Shown here one piece after another: positions 43,290-54,371 of a stretch of 64,000 nt of DNA. Under the pieces are notes generated by a model. That model ran no database searches. It saw only the letters and a list, made by a program, of their open reading frames with translations, and was not told the origin of the DNA. This stretch comes from Eledone cirrhosa (lineage: Eukaryota), in NCBI GenBank assembly GCA_964016885.1, contig OZ024743.1:199888001-199952000 (forward strand). The letters run 5' to 3'. Numbering within the stretch: position 1 is the first letter of the stretch; each line of letters begins with the position of its first letter. A program made the position numbers and the translations under genes.

Positions 43290-43825
43290 ACGTAAGAATT
43301 GAAGAGAGAACGAAAAGAAAAAGGAAGAAAGACAGAATATAGAAATAAAAGAAAACGAAAGCGAATGCTCTCTCAGATTGACTGTAATCGTGTTATAGAA
43401 TTTCAAGAAGTGTTTCTGCTTGAGTGGAATGAAAACCTTCTGAGAGACGCCCGCTAGTCAAGTCAAAGGATGTACGTACGATTTGTTTGAAATACAGTCT
43501 AATCCCGCTAATGTCAACATGTCTTTATCCCACAGTAAAATAGCAGTCATTGATCCATTTCTCTTAGAGTAGGAGAAGAGGGATAGTTTACCATGATTTA
43601 ATATCGAGTTAAAGTATCATCCATAACTTGTTCTCGTTTAGAACTGTTTATATTACGAGAGAGCATCGTCATAGTCGCACGAACAATCAGAAATAACATA
43701 CAAATCTCACGCAAATAAAACACTTATATTTTTAAAAAAAAGGAAACATTGGATAATGTAGTCCAATGGTTTCCCATCTTTTTCACAATCGAGGCCTCTA
43801 CAATTACTCACCTCCCAGATTGTCA

Positions 43826-44068
43826 GGCAGTATCGGTAGAGGGTCGGACGCCATGCTTTGCAGCATAGAGTTACGGCCCTTTACAGTCTGAGTTCAAATC
43901 CCGCCGAGGTTGACTTTGCCACCTTTCATCCTAACAGGGTCGATAAAATAAGGGAAGGAGTAGGAGAAACAAATAAGTCCTCCAATGAAAATCTGAAGCC
44001 TTAATAAAGTACCAGTAATGCACTGGGGTAATTGCTGACCTTGTGTCAAAAGTAGAAACCAATTATTT
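43826..44068 (+). mobile_element. tRNA-derived SINE (family 1) with ~55-bp internal insertion
   Basis: GGCAGTATCGG, GAGTTCAAATCC and core; extra sequence at ~43951-44003. Confidence 0.8.
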
Positions 44069-44244
44069 CTAGCATTGACTCAAGACAAGCAGTTTAGGGA
44101 AAGGGGAAAGTCAATTGCATTGACTGTCGTACTTAAATGTTACTTTATTTTATCAACCAGGGAAAGTTCAAAGACAAATATGACCTCGAGGGGGTTTGAT
44201 ACTTGAGTGGTACCACCGATTTATCACCCCTTTTGATGTTCAGT

Positions 44245-44708
44245 AGTAATTGGTTCTACTTTTGGTACAAAACCAGCAATTTGAAGCGGTTGGGGAAGTC
44301 GTTTAAATCGATCCCTGTGCCTAGCTAGTCCTTTATTTTATCTACACCGTATGGATGAAAGGCAAAGCTAACCACGGTGGGATTTGAATTCAGAACTTAA
44401 AGGGAGGAAACTATATGCCAAAAATCATTTTTAATTTGATGCTCAGTAGTGCTATCAATATATCACCCTGCTCTTATACAGTAATAATTGTTTCTGATTT
44501 AAGAACCTACCCAGCAATTTTTGGGGAGGGGAAAATTGATTAAATCGACCCCCAGTGCTGGTCGTTACTGGTACTTTATTTTATTAACCTTCGTAAGAAT
44601 GAAAGGCAAAGCTAACCTTGGTGAGATTTGAAATCGGAAAGCAAATGGCCGTAACGCTATGCTAGAAAGCATTTTGTCCGACGCTCTACCGATACTCTCA
44701 AGCCACCG
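44245..44708 (-). mobile_element. Tandem older family 1 SINEs
   Basis: Two units with GATGAAAGGCAAAGCTAACC...GATTTGAA. Confidence 0.7.
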
Positions 44709-44725
44709 TTTTCTTATACAATAAT

Positions 44726-45243
44726 GGTTTCATTTATTGGCCACAAGGACCAACATATAGGGAACAATACAATACACGGGGACAGTGGGGGTTTTACACA
44801 AAAATTGAATAGAAAATAGGAAAACAATAACAATAAACAAGAAAAATACAACAATGAAAATTCCCCTACAGGGGGGATAACCACTCAGGGTTGATTCAGG
44901 TACCCTGCCAATCCTGAACAACCCGACGCTTCGAGGGCACCCGGGAAGAGCACCCCTCTCCTCCTAAAATTCACCAGCCTATAGGCGCATGATCACAGTA
45001 GGCCCACTCATACAGTCCATTCTCGCCACATTCACCCATCTTTCAGCAAATGTACTTGGGAACTTGGGAGCAGCACTTCTCTCTCCACCTTCACCTTCCT
45101 TGCCAATTGAAATTTGAAAAAGTTGATGAGGGATTGTCAGAAGAGAAAAAAGTGTCTATCTTCAGTCCTTTTAACCTGGTCCACCATACAACCTCTTTCT
45201 CTACTGCCACCAGACAGAGGAAAATTGCCTGCCCTTCCTGGGC
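44726..45243 (-). mobile_element. 5'-truncated L1/Tx1 LINE related to family B, with a 16-bp TSD
   Basis: Matches the ORF2 C-terminus and 3' UTR at 4127-4640; TTTCTTATACAATAAT at 44710-44725 and 45244-45259. Confidence 0.9.
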
Positions 45244-45259
45244 TTTCTTATACAATAAT

Positions 45260-45612
45260 AATTGTTTCTATTTTTGGCACACGGCCATTCATTATCCCAG
45301 GGCATTACTGGTACTTTATTTTATTGATCCCGGTGGGATTTGAACTCAGACTGTAAAGGTGTGTAACTCTATGCTGCAAAGCATGGTGTCCGACCCTCTA
45401 CCGATACTGCCAATCCACCGCTTATACAATAATTGTTTCTACTTTAGGCACAAGGCCAGCAATTACCCAGTGCATTACTGGTACTTTATGTTATCGACTC
45501 CGTAAGGATGAAAGGCAAAGTCAACCTCGGCGGGATTTGAACTCAGATCGTAAAGAGACGTAACTATGCTGGAAAGCATGGCGTCCGACCCTCTACCGAT
45601 ACTGCCAATCCA
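45260..45612 (-). mobile_element. Two tandem family 1 SINEs
   Basis: Box A, box B and core; the second unit is near-identical to 38125-38302. Confidence 0.85.
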
Positions 45613-45923
45613 AATAACAATTAAACATATTTATACTTAAAGAAGAAATGATACACAATTACTTTTGTATCACATGTTTATAAAAAGTACTTAATTTTTT
45701 TTTAAAACTTAGCTCACGGACCCCTAAAGTTCATGAAACCCACTTTCTGAACTGCTGACATAATTCCGAATATATTTTGACTGAAGAAATTTGGGAAACT
45801 TCTGATCGAAGCTTTTCTTCTTGTGGTCTTATCTACAGTTAAGCAACGGTAATTAAAAGTGTTAGGCCAGAACTATATCGTAGTAAAATACTAGTTTTGC
45901 GAGCAATGTACTATAGTATAGAG

Positions 45924-46215
45924 CAGTCATGGCCAACCCGCGACCTGTGAAGCTTTCTGAATCGCTCACCTTAGTCACCTAAGTGAAATCTTTCTGATTA
46001 TTTTACCCCAACTTTTCAGTCGTAATTTATCTTTGTATCATTTTTACGATCGAGGAAAACAAGGTGTACGAATTTTGAAGAAACAAATCAAAACAACCTG
46101 AGTTACCACCCTTTTTTTTAAATGTGGGCACGAATGTAAATTAGCGCTTGCCGCCCGCCTGATGATGAGCCATATCTTATGCGGCCCGCTTCTCGAAAAA
46201 GGTTGCCCATGCCTG
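45924..46215. mobile_element. hAT-type MITE
   Basis: TIRs CAGTCATGGCCAACC / GGTTGCCCATGCCTG; perfect 8-bp TSD GTATAGAG (45916-45923, 46216-46223). Confidence 0.9.
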
Positions 46216-46223
46216 GTATAGAG

Positions 46224-46470
46224 CAATGGTTCCCTTTATTTAGATGTAAGCCCTACCCCCAGCTCCCGCTACAATCACATCCCACCCAGACTGTTATAAC
46301 GTGAGAATAAGAATCGAAAGAGAGAATTGTTTATACAATTGTCACCTAAATATGTGTATATATTATATTTTCAACAAAGTACTTGTAATTTTGAAATTAG
46401 CTCACCGAGTGACAGTTCTATCTTTGCCAGACCACCTAGTTGTTCAGGAACCCCGGGTTGGGAACCGTTG
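46224..46470. mobile_element. Second hAT-type MITE, older
   Basis: TIRs CAATGGTTCCC / GGGAACCGTTG; flanks GTATAGAG and GTTTAGAA (6/8 match). Confidence 0.7.
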
Positions 46471-47315
46471 GTTTAGAAGATCAAATTTAAATGAACATGC
46501 GACACAGGTTCCTTTCTCCAGTGAACAATTTTAACTTTGTAATATTCCTCATTATTGAAACTATTCAACCATAGTCAATGAGCTAGATAATCATTGGCTC
46601 CACTCAGCTGACTTGCTCACAACAAAACATAGAAAGACAAACTCTACAGTGGTGTTGAAAGGAGTCAGTAAAGGTTATGGGACATTTTTCGTTTCAGATT
46701 ATCACTACAATTACAGCACAGTTATGTAAACATAACTTTATACTGTAATAGCTTAAACAGCAACCATACAGAGAAATTTAAGACCTCTTTCTCTCTCCTC
46801 ATCTTTCTATTTCTCTCTGACTCTATATCTTTCTCTCAGATTGCTATTTATACATTCTCGTTTCGGGTAGGGATATCAGAGTTGATACAGCGTCGTCTCC
46901 CACGATGAAATTACACTGTTGTGATATTTATTCTGAAAGTACACTGAAGTTAAGATTTAAAATGGTTAAGTTACTATTACTTGTTATTAAGCTTTAGGTC
47001 AAACCTGACCAAGTCCACCTATGATCAAAGACATTCTAGCAAATATTCACCTGTCACCTTTATTCTGACAAGGACTGCATTATCCAATTCGTTATGAAGA
47101 CGATGAAGAAGATTGGCTGTTATTTTTAGAAGGTATAATGACCATGTAGGGATGCTTTTAATCATTACAGATTAGCGAAGTTGTCCAGAGCAAATAAACA
47201 TTTGAGTTAAACGCATTAAACCAATATATATATAACAAAGGAATTGTGGTAAGGAACCAGATGGACCATAACGTACCAGAGTACTCAATAGTTAGGGTAG
47301 TAGAGTGGGAAATAG

Positions 47316-47423
47316 GAAAAAGTATGACCCCGACGGCAGAGCTCAAGCCGTTTCGACGGCTATTTCTGGACAGAAATAGCCGTCGAAACGGCTTGAGCTC
47401 TGTCGTCGGGGTCATACTTTTTC
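47316..47423. repeat. Near-perfect 108-bp palindrome ending a TA-flanked element (47234-47423)
   Basis: 53-bp arms, 2-nt loop, one mismatch. Confidence 0.95.
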
Positions 47424-47499
47424 ATATATATATATATATATATAGCGGCGATGAATTAGTTTTGCGAGGTTTTTTATATGAAATCGTGTGTCGAAACAA

Positions 47500-48016
47500 A
47501 TATTGTTATACTTGGGGATGGTCATATTTGTGTAATATTGCCAGAATTAATAACAGAACACACTCACTGTTTGGTTGGTTTTCGCTTCTCGCTTCTGTGT
47601 CTTTTATATCGGTAATCTAACTTACTCGGTCCTCAATGTTGCCATTGACTGACCGACGGTCAAAAATAATACAGATACAATATAGACACAAACACATATA
47701 TATATAGTTTATCATAAATCTTTCGTTGCACATCTGCAACATCGTCAGTGGAGTTATATTTTCCTCCTGTTGTATTGTATGTCTGCGCCATTTTTATTCA
47801 GTCTGTCTATATATTTATTTATTTGCTTGTTTGTTTATTTTATTTTGTCTTCTTTGCGCATGCGTCGGTCAGTCAATGGCAACATTGAGGACCGAGTAAG
47901 TTAGATTACCGATATAAAAGACACAGAAGCGAGAAGCGAAAACCAACCAAACAGTGAGTGTGTTCTGTTATTAATTCTGACAATATTACACAAATATGAC
48001 CCCCCGCCCCAAGTAT

Positions 48017-48024
<8 letters not shown>
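47500..48024. mobile_element. Fold-back module: ~160-bp inverted repeats around a spacer containing a degenerate hammerhead
   Basis: Arms 47500-47658 and 47863-48024; minus strand CTGACGA-T-GTTGCA gatg TGCAAC-GAAA-GATT-TA at 47715-47748, stem I poorly paired. Confidence 0.8.
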
Positions 48025-48086
<62 letters not shown>

Positions 48087-48206
48087 CTACCAAAATATAC
48101 GGTAGTGTCCAATCTGTATGAAGAACTCAATGTAATCCAAGTATCATGAAAAGAGAAGATGTATTCAACATTATTTCGATGAAAATCCCAGGAAAACAGA
48201 GTCAAG

Positions 48207-49739
48207 ATAAATTAATAAAAATAATGAATAAAAACAAAGAAACAGTTTCTTATATTAAAAAATTCATCATTTTACGATCGTTTCTAGGATATATATGTAT
48301 GTGTTGGTATGTATATCATATAATGTAAAAGTTTTACAAACTATCAGAGGAATATACATACCTACACATATATATGCTGTCTTCAGAAATAATGATATTT
48401 GTTTATTGAAAAAACCAACAAAGATTTAATATAATAGGTCTGTTTGGGAACAGGTTTTGAATTGACCAATAGAAAAGTAGTAAATGGTCAAGTTGATAGA
48501 ATAGTAGTAGTAGAAATTTAATTTAGGGGTAGAGGAATGCAGACTTCAGTTTTGAATAGAAAGAGTATTTTGAATGAAAAGATTACTTTGGGGATGAAAA
48601 TAGGTCAAGCCGGTGAAAGATACACGAAAATTTGATGTTATTAAAGAATAATGCTAATGTTAAAATCTAAGGAGAATAAAATGTTACGATAAATGTGTTA
48701 GTGAAAAATATCAATCTTATTTAAAACAAGGAATTTAGATCTATAAAAAGCGACAAGAATTAATTATATCGTGCAATCATAGAATTAGAAAAACTTTCAA
48801 ATATTCCAAACATAATTAATATACACTTATATTTTACAAATTATTATAATTAATTTTTTTAATTACTTAACCTATAATTAATATTCTACTACTAAGAACT
48901 GCATCATTTTATTTCCCTTTTACAGCTATCTTTTCCTAAAATTTATACCAATAAGTATACATATAAACTATTTGAACTTCCTGTTATGAATCTAAATTTC
49001 TTGTAATCTATATAAGTTTGTTATTTCTCACTAATACATTTATCCCCCCCAAAAAATTTTTTTTCCTTCGTTTTTAACATCATTTTTTTAACAACATTCT
49101 TTAATAATATCTAACTCTTATTTATCATATCTATATGAATTAATATAAATGTATCCCTATAAATATACCTATCAATTAAATTAATTTAATTTCTTTCTAT
49201 AGATCTAAATTCCTTATGTTTTAAATAAGATTGATATTTTTCACTAACACATTTATCGTAACATTTTATTCTCCTTAGATTTTAACATTATCATTATTCT
49301 TTAATAACATCAAATTTTCGTGTACCTTTCACCGGCTTGACCTATTTTCATCCCCAAAGTAATCTTTTCATTCAAAATACTCTTTCCATTCAAAACTGAA
49401 GTCTGCATTCCTCTACCCCTAAATTAAATTTCTACTACTACTATTCTATCAACTTGACCACTTACTACTTTTCTATTGGTCAATTCAAAACCTGTTCCCA
49501 AACAGACCTATTATATTAAAACTTTGTTGCTTTTTTTCAATAAACAAATATCATTATTTCTGAAGACAGCATATATATGTGTAGGTATGTATATTCCCTG
49601 TGATAGTTTGTAAAATGTTTGCATAGATCTATATGATATATATACCAACACACACATATATATCCTACAAACGATCGTAAAATGATGAATTTTTTAATAT
49701 AAGGAACTGTTTCTTTGTTTTTATTCATTATTTTTATTA

Positions 49740-49744
<5 letters not shown>
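48207..49744. mobile_element. Fold-back module: ~540-bp inverted repeats, each arm carrying a hammerhead motif
   Basis: Arms 48207-48746 and 49196-49744; right end runs into (TA)n. Confidence 0.9.
48264..48395 (-). ncRNA. Type I hammerhead ribozyme motif with very long stem II
   Basis: TCATTATTT-CTGAAGA-[~95-nt hairpin ATATATATGTGT.GGTATGTATAT / ATATACATACC.ACACATA..ATATAT]-GAAA-CGATCG-TA-AAATGATGA; 9-bp stem I. The mirror copy at 49551-49688 (+) has GAAA changed to CAAA. Confidence 0.8.
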
Positions 49745-49788
<44 letters not shown>

Positions 49789-50049
49789 TGTGCATATGTA
49801 CATATATATTTATATGAATATATATATATACTTATGTATATGTACATATATATTTATATAAAAAATATATATATGGATATATACACACATATATATATAT
49901 AGATAGATACATAGATAGATATCTATTATAAGAAGAGATTAATGTTTAAGCAAAGAATCGATGCGTTCACCCTTAACGGGATCTTCGTTTATATATATAT
50001 ATCACAGAAAAAAGAGAATCAGTGTTGCAACGAAAGGAATTTATTGGAC

Positions 50050-50138
50050 ATATTACAATTGTTTCTCGGGCAACACGCTCGAGGCACGATCGATGTGGTG
50101 ATCAAACCTGACTCTGAAATCGCGCGGTCCTCAGATAC
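50050..50138 (-). ncRNA. Hammerhead-like motif, partly decayed
   Basis: GTAT-CTGAGGA-[62 nt]-GAAA-CAATTG-TA-ATAT, then AATAAA; a related copy at 50384-50473 has the core mutated to CTGTCGA. Confidence 0.6.
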
Positions 50139-50180
50139 CTCTCGATTCTACGAAGCATATTTTCCGATTCATATATATAA

Positions 50181-50256
<76 letters not shown>

Positions 50257-50505
50257 ATATGTCTGATGGTAGCTAAGATGCGTCCATAGGCGGTATGCCG
50301 GTTGAGCACTCTATGCTCTTACAGAGCAGAGTATGATAGAATAGAAAACGAAAAATCAGTGATGAATCTGAACTCAATTTATTGAGTGTTACAATTGTTT
50401 CGCAGGCGGACAGCTGAAGACGCGATCATTGTGTGGATCTGTCTGATTCTGGACCCGCAGGTTCGACAGACTCGTCTAATGATTTCGGAGCATATTCTCT
50501 CACTA

Positions 50506-50602
<97 letters not shown>

Positions 50603-51252
50603 ATATATATATATGTATGAGGGTGTTAAAGTTTGCTTGAAGCATTGTGAAATGTGTAAAATATGTAGTTTAGAAAGCCACAACAATGCAGATGGGAAAT
50701 CTCGAGGTAGGAAGTGAGTGAGAAATAGGAGAAAAGTGAAAATTGAGAGAAACGAAAATGAAAACAAAACAAAGGTAGAAGGGTTACCGTAGTGGAGATT
50801 TAATCCCAATATTTCGGGCTCACGCCCATCAACGGGGGAAAATTCCAAAAGGGGGGAACAGGCTAAGCCGGAGAAAGTTGTATTGTCGTTAAAACATAGG
50901 AATGCCGTTATGGGGAAAATTGAAACGAGGGAAAGAATGCGCGTGCGCGTGATAGGCTGTGACAAAAGCTACTGACCAATTGGGTTAAATCAATAGGGTA
51001 CGCTAGCGTGTGAAAGCCGTAAAATATGTGTGTGTAAATTTATGTGTGTGTAACTGTGTGTGTATATGTGTATGTGTGTATGTATGTGAGTGTGTGTGTG
51101 TGAAAGATAGTGGGCTGTAGAAGCTGGAAATCAAAGGGTGTGAAAGGTGGTAGGTTGTGTAAATATGTGTGCGTGTATAAATATAGATGTGTGTGTGTAT
51201 GTGTATGGGTATACATATAAGTGCGTGTGTGTGAAAGATAGTAGGCTGTATG

Positions 51253-51339
<87 letters not shown>

Positions 51340-51378
51340 TTATATATGTATGTATGTGTGTGTGTGTGGCTATATATA

Positions 51379-51424
<46 letters not shown>

Positions 51425-51641
51425 TATGTGTGTGTGTGTGTGTAAGTATGTACATACATACATATATGTATACAGACGTACATGCACATACATATACATA
51501 CATGCACACATATATATATGTACGCATGGGTTTACCGAACATTTATTATAATGATCGGTTTGTTTGTAAACAAACAGCCCGAATTAAGCGGTACAGTGTT
51601 TAGCAACCATTGTTGCCCTTTTGTTCAACAATGACAAAGGA

Positions 51642-51684
51642 ACGATATACTAGTTTCGAGCTTATTAGCTATCGTCAGCATCGT
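51642..51684 (-). ncRNA. Type I minimal hammerhead ribozyme motif
   Basis: ACGATG-CTGACGA-tAGCT aata AGCTc-GAAA-CTAG-TA-TATCGT; palindromic tetraloop in stem III. Confidence 0.8.
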
Positions 51685-51871
51685 ATACCTTCCTGCCTGA
51701 TGATTAAACGCCTGAAAGTATATACTTTCCTTATGCATATTAACGGCTGAGCGGCCTAATTTGCATATCGTGTGAGTTAGTCGGCCGGAAACGATAAATG
51801 GAAAAAGTGAAACGAAATTTCATTTCTCACTTTTAGTACGGCTGTTACTTAAATATATATATTATATGTTA

Positions 51872-51922
<51 letters not shown>

Positions 51923-52819
51923 ATGTGTGTGTGTATACATGTGTATTTTATATATATATGTATGTATATATATGTATATATTTTATATATATATGTATAT
52001 GTATGTGTATTTTATATATACATATGTATGTATGTTTTATGTGTGTATATATTTTATGTATGTGTGTATTTTATGTATATATATTTTTTTTATATTTTTA
52101 TATGTATATATTTTAAATATATGTATGTTCCGTGTATATATATATATTTTATATATATATATATATATATACTTGTGCGTACATACATGCATACATATAT
52201 GTATATATACACACCTGTATGGATTTGCATGTGTAGATGTGTGAGTGTCTGATGGGGTAGGTGTGAGTGTATGTACAAGTCAACCAGCATAAACCTTTTA
52301 TTTCTAAATTTTCTAAACTATTTAAGTATTGGACTCTAACCCTTATTTTAAGTATTACCACCCCACATTTTGTATGTGTGGATGTGTGTGTGTGTGTCTG
52401 TGGAGGTGGGTGTGAGTGTAGTGCAAGCCAACCTACATAAGTCTTTTTATTTGTAAATTTTCTACTCCAACCATAAATTTCAGTAGCACCACTCCACATA
52501 AAATCCTCAATTTAAGAATGACCTGTAGTCGCTATTTCATACTATTAACCTTAATTGAATATATATCAGACCAGGAATGCTTTTTGTGAAAATCAGTCAT
52601 ATGGAACTATTGTCATCTTGCCTGACGGTTTGAACTTTACAACACCACCTGCCTCTTTGAGGTCAAATACCAACCCTACTACCATCTACAAACTGACCAA
52701 TGAGAATCAAGACTATTCCTGCTGACAACTTTAAATTATTTCTAACAAGCTCATATGTCCCAAGGCTCTGATACCATCAACACTATAAACACAGAGCTGG
52801 CATATCTAAGGACTGACTA

Positions 52820-52875
52820 ACTGCCTGATGAGGTCATAGCCATTCAATGGCTATCATCGAAATATATATAGCAGT
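52820..52875 (+). ncRNA. Type I minimal hammerhead ribozyme motif in a PLE pseudo-LTR-like module (~52500-52920)
   Basis: ACTGC-CTGATGA-GGTcATAGCCATT c AATGGCTATcATC-GAAA-TATATA-TA-GCAGT, then AATAAA; relative of 36960-37014. Confidence 0.88.
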
Positions 52876-52940
52876 AAATAAAGGATTATGAGTTCATGCA
52901 ATTGACTTATGTTTCGTCACTATATATATATATATATATA

Positions 52941-53135
52941 TATAAATAATTACAACAGTGACATAAACAGGTACTCAAGTTTCGTTTGGTTCTGTGCCCC
53001 AATTTCTTCAGCCTGTCATGAGAAAAACAAAAAAAAACGTTTTTTTTATTTTTCTCATGACAGGCTGAAGAAATTGGGGCACAGAACCCAACGAAACGTG
53101 AAAACCTGTTTATGTCACTGTTGTAATTATTTATA
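52941..53135. repeat. ~195-bp imperfect palindrome with no spacer, a hammerhead motif in each arm
   Basis: Centre AAAACGTTTT at 53038/53039; the arms mirror each other with few mismatches. Confidence 0.93.
52967..53016 (-). ncRNA. Type I hammerhead ribozyme motif
   Basis: ACAGG-CTGAAGA-AATTGGGGCACAGAACCAAAC-GAAA-CTTGAG-TA-CCTGT; the mirror copy at 53060-53109 (+) lacks the UH cleavage site. Confidence 0.78.
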
Positions 53136-53489
53136 CTAAACTCGTCCTATGGACTGAGTGTTGTTACTCTTGGATGTTATGGTATTATTATCGCACATAC
53201 TTCAACTTATAACTCATATGGTCTGGTACATCTGAATTCAGATAAAAAAATTTTTTTTAAAGTTTGGGGCGGGGCTGTTCGAAAAATATATTGCAGTCTC
53301 TATTTCATGCCACAAAAACTGACGATAGATCTGCGACCTGTCCTGTGAGGTGTGGGATGGACGCACAAAGATTGCGTATCCCCAGACCCTAAACAGGGTG
53401 TTTGAGGACACTGCTCCCATGATCCTCCCAGGATTAGGTGGGAGAAGAACTTTAAAAAGTAACTTTATTCTGTCTTTTTTTTTTACTAT

Positions 53490-53610
53490 AGTTAGTATGG
53501 CCAGCCGCAGGTGTGAACCCCGCGAGTTGGAGTGGCTTTTCCAGCGCGTCTCCCTTGCCATCCTCTGGGGGAGCGCCTTCTCCATCCTGTCCGCCGGGGC
53601 TGTAAAAGGG
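53490..53610 (+). mobile_element. Possible C-terminal remnant of a CRE-clade (RLE) non-LTR retrotransposon
   Basis: EPRELEWLFQRVSLAILWGSAFSIL resembles the FQRLS.AI.RGNA..I ending that I recall for animal CRE-like ORFs; short match only. Confidence 0.5.
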
Positions 53611-53744
53611 GTGGGGGGGCATCGCGTAACATTCCATATTTAGGTATTTGTGTTCTCACATGTAGACGCTCGTTCTTTACTATAGTGTTGTGTCCCTAAA
53701 CAAAGTTTATTTCCTTTAATAGTTACAATATAATTTGTTTGCAG

Positions 53745-54165
53745 TTTTATAGAGGGAAACATATTTCATAGGGATGGGTGTTTTAGCTATTTCTACCTTG
53801 TAAGGTCAAGAATTTTAAGGAAGAACTTTATCCTATTTTGGTTACTTTAGTTAGTGTGTAATAATATATTTTACAGAGGGAAACATTTTATAGAGAAGGG
53901 GGTCAGCTATTTCTACCTTTTAAGGTCAAGAATTTTAAGGAACAACTTTATCCTATGTTGTTTACTTTAGTTAGTATCTAATAATATATTTTACACAGGG
54001 AAACATTTTATAGGGATGGGAGCTAGCTATTTCTACCTTGTAAGGTCAAGAATTTTAAGGAACAACTTTTTCCTATTTTGGTTACTTTAGTTAGTATGTA
54101 ATAATATATTTTACAGAGAAGGAACATGTTTTAATGGGGATGGGGTATATTTGTGCCTTGTAAGT
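53745..54165. repeat. ~120-bp tandem repeat, about 3.5 copies
   Basis: AGCTATTTCTACCTT.TAAGGTCAAGAATTTTAAGGAA repeats at ~120-bp spacing. Confidence 0.92.
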
Positions 54166-54340
54166 GTTGTTGTTGATAGTGAAACCTTGTTATTGTTGTT
54201 CATGATAATGGTAAGCAGTGGTTAGTCTTTCTCCCTTTCTCGTATTTCTCCCCTCACTCACCAAGCTCTTCCCCGTTTCCTTGTCTTTTCCTATCTACGT
54301 TTATATGTATATTTCTTTCTTGTTCACCCTCTATCGTTAC

Positions 54341-54371
<31 letters not shown>

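Noticed and set aside
50800-50845. GGGC-GTGA-GCCC-GAAA hairpin on the minus strand
   Set aside because: The upstream core reads CCGTTGA rather than CTGANGA; too degenerate to call.
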